Shown here: positions 58,409-64,000 of the stretch, piece by piece | Numbering within the stretch: position 1 is the first letter of the stretch | Layout of the letters: every line of letters starts with the position of its first letter | Notes under the pieces: generated by a model | Database searches by the model: none | Told to the model about the DNA's origin: nothing | What the model saw: the letters and a program-made list of their open reading frames with translations, nothing else | IMG/VR virus record: IMGVR_UViG_3300044591_000896 | Span: 1 to 64,000 of that record | Reading direction: 5' to 3' (one strand) | From: a virus | DNA length: 64,000 nt | Position numbers and translations under genes: made by a program

Positions 58409-59196
58409 AATTTTGGTACGCTATACATTTCTATCTGAACAGTTCCTACTGGACCAGACTTATCGTAGCATGCTTTCTTGACAGGGCAATATGTACATGG
58501 CATTTTAGATTTAGTAGCACCAGCAGGTCTCATTGGCAAATCTCCATTTTGGAAATTATCCCAAACTTCTTGCATCCACAAGAATGTATCTTCAATTATC
58601 TTCTTGTTCTTATCATTCATTGATACTGGAATAATCAAAACTTCTTGTGTATTTTTATTCTCGTATAGGAAGAAGCCTTCTTTGGCATTCTTTAATTTCA
58701 TGTATGTAAGTAACTGTAGCATGTGGTTTGGTGAAGACTTCATCTCTGACTGCCTTGTATCCCATACCTCCTGCTTAGCCGTCTTGATTTCACCAATAAC
58801 GGTTTCACCATCGTACTCCATGATCAAGTCAATAAAGCCACGGATAGGTGGGTACTCATTGGTAATCTCTTCTTCTTCTGCAACAAACTGAGGCATTGTG
58901 GAAATAAGCTTTTGTAGTCTTTCGTGGGCCTGTGTTCCCTGGGCCATGTTTGCAACAGCAACAGCATCATTATCATCAATGAACATTGCTCCGCTAAATG
59001 CCATATACCAATATCTTGGGCATGTTCCATGTCCGTACCCTAAAGAGCTTGGGCTAAATGACTTCTTTGTCATGTCTCCGTCAGCACGTTTAGTATTACG
59101 ATATGACTCATCAAGCAGTTGGGCAAATAGCTCTGGATCAAAATGCTTACCCGTATGCTTCTTAAACTTTAAATTTTTTACAATGTCTCTTGCCAT
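58405..59196 (-). CDS. Cas4-like PD-(D/E)xK exonuclease
   Basis: CPR, G...HE.LQ, G.ID...EIKT, Q...Y, CxxC..K..C. Confidence 0.85.
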   Translation of the reverse strand: MARDIVKNLKFKKHTGKHFDPELFAQLLDESYRNTKRADGDMTKKSFSPSSLGYGHGTCPRYWYMAFSGAMFIDDNDAVAVANMAQGTQAHERLQKLISTMPQFVAEEEEITNEYPPIRGFIDLIMEYDGETVIGEIKTAKQEVWDTRQSEMKSSPNHMLQLLTYMKLKNAKEGFFLYENKNTQEVLIIPVSMNDKNKKIIEDTFLWMQEVWDNFQNGDLPMRPAGATKSKMPCTYCPVKKACYDKSGPVGTVQIEMYSVPKL

Positions 59197-59535
59197 TTAT
59201 GAATTATACCTAACGACATACTTAAGTGCATCTACAAGTTTGTCTATGGACTCCTTTACTGAATAGTAAATGTTCTTCTTATTGTTATTGGCTGTTCCAG
59301 CCTTGTCTTTTGCAATTGTTGAATATACAGATGCAAGAACAGCAAACTTAGTTGACATTGCCTGTAGCTCCATAATTAAATGTGGTGCCTTTGCTGAAGG
59401 AACATCTGGGTTCATTAACAATTTTACCACAATAGCAAGAGCTTTATCCAAGTGTTCATCCTGCATGAACTCATGGAGATCATTAAACTCTGTTATATCG
59501 CTTATAAGCTCTAATGTATTCTTATCCTCTGCCAT
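59197..59535 (-). CDS. Hypothetical phage protein
   Basis: GAGGG RBS; within replication operon. Confidence 0.6.
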   Translation of the reverse strand: MAEDKNTLELISDITEFNDLHEFMQDEHLDKALAIVVKLLMNPDVPSAKAPHLIMELQAMSTKFAVLASVYSTIAKDKAGTANNNKKNIYYSVKESIDKLVDALKYVVRYNS

Positions 59536-59625
59536 CTTTTTCCCTCTTATCTAATTTGTCAATAAATAAACCAAGGCCGTAACCAATAATAAATCCAATT
59601 GCCGCCCCACAAATAAAAGAAATCA

Positions 59626-60012
59626 CTAGAAAGGAACCTCTGCGTTCATGTCCCAGCTTGCGCCAGATGAAATCTTCTCACGTGAAACAGACCATGGAGT
59701 CAAGCCAATGCTAGTGGCTTTAATTTCGTAGCTATTTTTAGCTTGCCCTGTCTCTTTATCTTTCCATGTTTCTTCATAGATCACACCAGAAATAGTAACC
59801 TCTTGTCCCTTCTTAAGGACGTCTTTAGCTTGCTCTGCAAGTCTATTCCAAACCTTAACTGTCCACCAAGAAGTTGGTCCATCTTTCCATTCTCCTGTAG
59901 AGTCATCTCTAATGCGGTCATTGGTTGCAACTCTTAATCTTAATCCGCCATTGCCAAGAACAACTGGATCTTGTCCAATCTTACCTACCAAATTAATATC
60001 TGGATTACTCAT
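59626..60012 (-). CDS. ssb: Single-stranded DNA-binding protein
   Basis: LRVATN, WWTVKVW..LAE, L.KG..V...G, C-terminal EVPF. Confidence 0.88.
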   Translation of the reverse strand: MSNPDINLVGKIGQDPVVLGNGGLRLRVATNDRIRDDSTGEWKDGPTSWWTVKVWNRLAEQAKDVLKKGQEVTISGVIYEETWKDKETGQAKNSYEIKATSIGLTPWSVSREKISSGASWDMNAEVPF

Positions 60013-60310
60013 GATTTTCCTCCCAAAACGATATCAGTTCTTCTAATACCGTCCATTCAATGATTCCAAGACGAACCTTAGAATCAGTTCCTATAATTAT
60101 TTTTAACGCTGGGTGCATATCTCTACTTACTTTAAATGTATCAGTGCATATCTTAGACCACACTGGTTTGTTTAAAGTAAAAGAAGAAGATGCTTCTTTG
60201 TAATCAACAAGGAACTGATTCCATTTGGCATCACCCTTTTGATAATCTCCACGTCCACTATTCTTCTGTGCTCTTGCACCATCTCTTTTGACTTCTGATC
60301 TTTCTGACAC
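60005..60310 (-). CDS. PD-(D/E)xK nuclease, Holliday-resolvase-like
   Basis: SE..E, NSGRG..KGD...VDYK. Confidence 0.6.
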   Translation of the reverse strand: MSERSEVKRDGARAQKNSGRGDYQKGDAKWNQFLVDYKEASSSFTLNKPVWSKICTDTFKVSRDMHPALKIIIGTDSKVRLGIIEWTVLEELISFWEENHE

Positions 60311-60504
60311 TAGCCCACCTGATGCTTTGTCTCATGTCCATTGGAACATGTCCATTGCATAGTTAAACTTTCTGGATCCCACAACCCACCATCCACATCA
60401 AGCTCACATTTAGAACAGGGTCTTATACCTTCAAGGCTTTCCAATGTGGAACGCAAAGCCTCTTTCTGCTCTTTGTTATTTAAGAATTCATTAAGATCTG
60501 GCAT
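60310..60504 (-). CDS. Small zinc-binding protein
   Basis: CSKC...C.NGH. Confidence 0.55.
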   Translation of the reverse strand: MPDLNEFLNNKEQKEALRSTLESLEGIRPCSKCELDVDGGLWDPESLTMQWTCSNGHETKHQVG

Positions 60505-61495
60505 TTATTTCATCAGCCAATTCTGTAACTACTTCTGGATTTTCTTTTAAGTAAGCAACTGCTTTTGCACGTCCCTGAAGTCTTTCTCCATTGACAGTAT
60601 ACCAAGCACCACCTTTTTCTACTACGCCAACCATTTCTGCAACATCTAATGTTTCTCCTACTGCATCTACTCCTAAGATTTCTCCTTGATAGTAGAAGTC
60701 GTATTGTCCTGAAAGATTAGGGGGGCCGAGTTTGTTGTAATCAATAATCCAATTGACTGGTCTGCCAACTCTTTGCTCAATGATTTTGTCACCAACTTTA
60801 ATGCCCGCTTTAATCGCATTAGCCTCAGCTTCTGAAGACCATAGCTTAATGACCGTGGAAGAGAAGAATTTAACTGCCATTCCTCCTGTCGGAATATGGG
60901 AGGCATGCATAGATCCAAATTGATTTCTTTGCTGTGAGATGAGTACCAATAGTGTATTTTTGTTTGCATAATTTAACATCTTGACTGCATGAGTCATATC
61001 CTTTGCTTCTGCTCCGATTTGCTTAGTGTCTTGCAAATCTTTCATTTCATTTCCATCTTTTTCAAAATAAATTGCTGGCAATAGTGCTGAGATTGAGTCT
61101 ACAACAATGATATCAACACCAGCATCCATTAGCTTTGTAGCAACATCAACCATATCATTTACAGTTTTTGCTGGTGAATAGATAAGAGAAGAGGAATCTA
61201 CTCCAAGCATTTCTGCCCAAGACTGGTCGTATGAAGCTTCAGCATCAATCCAAGCACATGTCTTTCCCTCTTTTTGTGCCATGCCAATCATCTGCAGACA
61301 GAAAGAAGACTTACCAGCAGACTTGTTTCCCCAAACTAAAACCTGTCTTCCATATCCAAGCCCACCTTTTAATGCCATGTTTAAACCAATGCTAGGTGTC
61401 AACTGCTTTTCAACTTTTACGTCTTGTGCAGACTGAACTCTTGCTCTAGTTTTTGGATCTAACTTTGCTAATATATCATTTATTTGTATAGTCAT
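60491..61495 (-). CDS. recA: RecA-like recombinase
   Basis: GNKSAGKS, WIDAE, VVDSISAL, ISQ.R, TGG.A.KF, GAWY. Confidence 0.92.
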   Translation of the reverse strand: MTIQINDILAKLDPKTRARVQSAQDVKVEKQLTPSIGLNMALKGGLGYGRQVLVWGNKSAGKSSFCLQMIGMAQKEGKTCAWIDAEASYDQSWAEMLGVDSSSLIYSPAKTVNDMVDVATKLMDAGVDIIVVDSISALLPAIYFEKDGNEMKDLQDTKQIGAEAKDMTHAVKMLNYANKNTLLVLISQQRNQFGSMHASHIPTGGMAVKFFSSTVIKLWSSEAEANAIKAGIKVGDKIIEQRVGRPVNWIIDYNKLGPPNLSGQYDFYYQGEILGVDAVGETLDVAEMVGVVEKGGAWYTVNGERLQGRAKAVAYLKENPEVVTELADEINARS

Positions 61496-61524
61496 ATAAA
61501 CCTTTTCTTTGTATTAGTATAGCA

Positions 61525-61866
61525 TTAAAACAAATTCCCGTGAAGCCTTTGTCTCTCTTTATTTTTATTTATTTTATTGTCCATTACTTCATCCAAAGAA
61601 TGTTCAACAAATCCTTCATTCATCATTGCAGCATAAAGGTCAAGTAGTCTAATAATTACATCAGCCATCTCTTCTACAATTTCTTCTGATCCTTTATCTT
61701 TACGAATAGCTTCTAGTACTTCAGTTACTTCTGAATGAACCAAGGCAAGCTTGTTGCCAATCTTGTCATATGTAATCTCGCCATCCCAAAAACCTTTTTC
61801 TAAAGCTAACTCATGTAGGACTGCTGCAAATGCATCAAGTCCATAATCAGTGCTTAGAGCTGTCAT
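61525..61866 (-). CDS. MazG-like NTP pyrophosphohydrolase
   Basis: LVHSEVTEVLEA.RK...EEMADV.IR..D. Confidence 0.82.
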   Translation of the reverse strand: MTALSTDYGLDAFAAVLHELALEKGFWDGEITYDKIGNKLALVHSEVTEVLEAIRKDKGSEEIVEEMADVIIRLLDLYAAMMNEGFVEHSLDEVMDNKINKNKERQRLHGNLF

Positions 61867-62059
61867 CTTTTACCTTTAACTTAAATACAAATGTCTGATT
61901 ATCTGCATCATAATCAACCTGTAGTTCCTTGTCCTCATTTAAAGCATCAATTAAAACACTGGTAGGAACCATTAGCTCCTTGTGTGATTCTAATATTGCT
62001 ACTAATATCTTTGTAACATTTAGCTGTGCAAAGATATCCTCTGGTGCTTCTTCTGTCAT
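61847..62059 (-). CDS. Hypothetical protein
   Basis: Coupled between dnaE and MazG-like gene. Confidence 0.55.
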   Translation of the reverse strand: MTEEAPEDIFAQLNVTKILVAILESHKELMVPTSVLIDALNEDKELQVDYDADNQTFVFKLKVKDDSSKH

Positions 62060-64000
62060 AGTATTTCCTTTATATTCAATGTGCCGTCATCTAATTTAGA
62101 TAGCACAACCTTACACTTCATTCCCTCTCGCATTTTAGCAAGAGACATCTTATACATTGTTGGGAAAGCAATAACTCTAGTTAATTCTTTATCCTTGTTA
62201 GACAATACAATATGGCTCATTTGTTTTCCAGCCTTTGTTGTATATGGAGTAAAGTTAACTACAATATACTCATCTTCCTCTAGGTCATATTCTTTTCTAT
62301 ATAGGTAGTCGACAAACAAATCATCTGACTTAGGATCAATATCGCTTACCTTAATATATCTGGCAATACGATTATCTCCAACTAAAATAAAGTACATCTG
62401 ATTGGTTTCAATTTGTGTTTGCTCTGTATGGAATAGACCAATAGAACCAGTTTCATCTACCAGTTCAACTCTTGCCCAGCCACTTCCACGCTTAATTGAT
62501 TTAACCATTCCAAACATTACAAATGAACCTAGGTCATCGAAGTCTTGAATTGGTCTTGCCTGCGCTTTAATACGTGGCGGAATTCCAGCTAAATTAAATG
62601 TTGGTATTCCTAGGTATTCGTAGTAGTTGTCTTTCTCGTTACCTTGTCTTGGATTATCGTCAAAAGCCGCACCACCGATGGAATTAAGAGCAGTGATAGC
62701 CCTGCTATTAATGCCGCTACCTTTTTTCGACGCCTTATCAATGAAATCAGCATAGTCTTTGTATGGTCTCTTTTCTATGATCTTGTTTGCAATACTGTCT
62801 GAGATAAACTTTACCTCAGCTAAACCAAATCTAATAGACTCTCCTTGTAAAGAGAAGTAAATATCAGACTCGTTAATGTGTGGAAGCTTGATACTCAAGC
62901 CAAGTCTTTTTGCTTCAATTAAATATTCTGTTCTTGCGTCCTTGTCATTTTCGTTTTTAAGAATCGAGAACATGAATTCCAAAGGATAATAAGTTTTGAG
63001 CCAAGCAGTATAGTAAGATAGCATAGAGTAAGCAACAGCATGGGAACGGTTAAAAGAATAACCTGCGTGAGCCTCAAAGTCATGCCATAGTTCTTCTGCT
63101 TTTTTCTTAGTAATGTGCTTTGAAGCCCCAGTAACAAACTGATCTTTGAATTGGTCGAACTCTTTTGCATCTTTCTTTTTACCAATAATCTTGCGTACCT
63201 TGTCGGCTTCAGACCAAGACATCCCTCCTAGGTGTACGCATGCCTGCATAACCTGCTCTTGATATATAATAACACCATATGTGTTTTCTGTAAAAGGCTT
63301 AAGAATGGTGTGCGTATATTCTACCGCTTCACGACCATGCTTACGATTAATATAAGATGCACCAACTGTATTCATCGCACCAGGGCGAACTAGGGCATTT
63401 GATGCAGCAAGATCTTCAAATTTGTCTACACCCATTTTCATTAAAAGGTTTGTGTATGGGGTTGCTTCTGCCTGAAACACTCCCTTTGTATAACCTTCTG
63501 AAAGCATTTGATAAACCTTTGGGTCATCCATAGATAGCCCAGAAAGATTAATATCCTTCTTGTGTCTTTTTTTAATTGAGCCAAGAGTGTCTGATATTAC
63601 AGATAAAGTTTTAAGACCTAGCGCATCTAGCTTAATAAGACCAATGTCTGCAACGGTATCCATATCATATGCTACAACAGGAATTCTTCCTGAAACTTTG
63701 TCCTGTGAGTCTTCACGAGATTCAACTGGGGCAAACTTTCGCAAGTCATCTTTTGCTACCACAACTCCAGCAGCATGTACTCCAACTGACCTGATTCTTC
63801 CACGAAGTCTGTCTGCAAGCCAAACTACTTCTGGGTACCGCAATCTAAATTCTTTTGTGTTTGGTGAGTCAATAAAATCTTCAAATGTATCTACAGACTT
63901 AAGTGCACGATTAACCTCTTGAAGTGGAACCATAAATACACGAGCAGCATCTCTAACAACTCCCTTATCCTTAAAGTAGGTATAGGTTGAAATAGAAGCA
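62056..64000 (-). CDS. dnaE: DNA polymerase III alpha subunit (5' part outside window)
   Basis: GVHAAGVV, GLIKLDALGLKTL, YQEQVM, GYSFNRSHA.AY; frame open to window edge. Confidence 0.93.
   Translation of the reverse strand, partial: ASISTYTYFKDKGVVRDAARVFMVPLQEVNRALKSVDTFEDFIDSPNTKEFRLRYPEVVWLADRLRGRIRSVGVHAAGVVVAKDDLRKFAPVESREDSQDKVSGRIPVVAYDMDTVADIGLIKLDALGLKTLSVISDTLGSIKKRHKKDINLSGLSMDDPKVYQMLSEGYTKGVFQAEATPYTNLLMKMGVDKFEDLAASNALVRPGAMNTVGASYINRKHGREAVEYTHTILKPFTENTYGVIIYQEQVMQACVHLGGMSWSEADKVRKIIGKKKDAKEFDQFKDQFVTGASKHITKKKAEELWHDFEAHAGYSFNRSHAVAYSMLSYYTAWLKTYYPLEFMFSILKNENDKDARTEYLIEAKRLGLSIKLPHINESDIYFSLQGESIRFGLAEVKFISDSIANKIIEKRPYKDYADFIDKASKKGSGINSRAITALNSIGGAAFDDNPRQGNEKDNYYEYLGIPTFNLAGIPPRIKAQARPIQDFDDLGSFVMFGMVKSIKRGSGWARVELVDETGSIGLFHTEQTQIETNQMYFILVGDNRIARYIKVSDIDPKSDDLFVDYLYRKEYDLEEDEYIVVNFTPYTTKAGKQMSHIVLSNKDKELTRVIAFPTMYKMSLAKMREGMKCKVVLSKLDDGTLNIKEIL

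Noticed and set aside
58405-59196. Cas4 as evidence of a CRISPR-Cas system
   Set aside because: Stand-alone Cas4-like exonuclease in a RecA/SSB operon; no array or other cas genes seen.
1-64000. Prophage or mobile element; alternative genetic code
   Set aside because: No integrase, transposase or host flank in the window; genes translate intact with the standard code and no suppressor tRNA was seen.

Overview
64 kb segment of a large, AT-rich lytic tailed phage, most likely infecting a freshwater actinobacterium. Host clues are WhiB, AhpC/AhpD, an Lsr2-like mini-protein, many leaderless genes and an actinobacterial parS. Layout: (1-8.2 kb, minus) tail-fibre/virion genes, including an Ig-like protein ending in 17 PPxF repeats; (8.3-15.4 kb) class II RNR, glycosyltransferase, lysozyme-like gene, 2OG-Fe(II)/JmjC oxygenases and tRNA-Ile(UAU); (15.4-28.3 kb, plus) a block of short, probably early, genes; (28.3-52.9 kb, minus) accessory genes (sulfotransferases, hydroxylases, GTs, secreted proteins, WhiB, APS-kinase fusion, Hsp20, endolysin, AhpCD, tRNAs); (52.9-64 kb, minus) terminase, RuvC-like, Cas4-like, SSB, RecA, MazG and DnaE. 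The strongest signal is non-coding and lies in the plus-strand block. It has 14 promoters of exact form TGTCAG-N10-TANNNT, the architecture recognised by the actinobacterial DNA-damage activator PafBC. It also has six perfect CRP boxes, DnaA boxes, GACAC (WhiA-type) boxes, a perfect parS at its left edge, and nine co-oriented copies of an unexplained GGG-N13-TTACG-N17-CCTGAA element. Other candidates: a covarying mini-pseudoknot (3 copies), a promoter-to-terminator sRNA, and a possible virion-protein hydroxylation/glycosylation/sulfation system. All motif counts come from manual reading. All protein family calls are by motif recognition, not database search.
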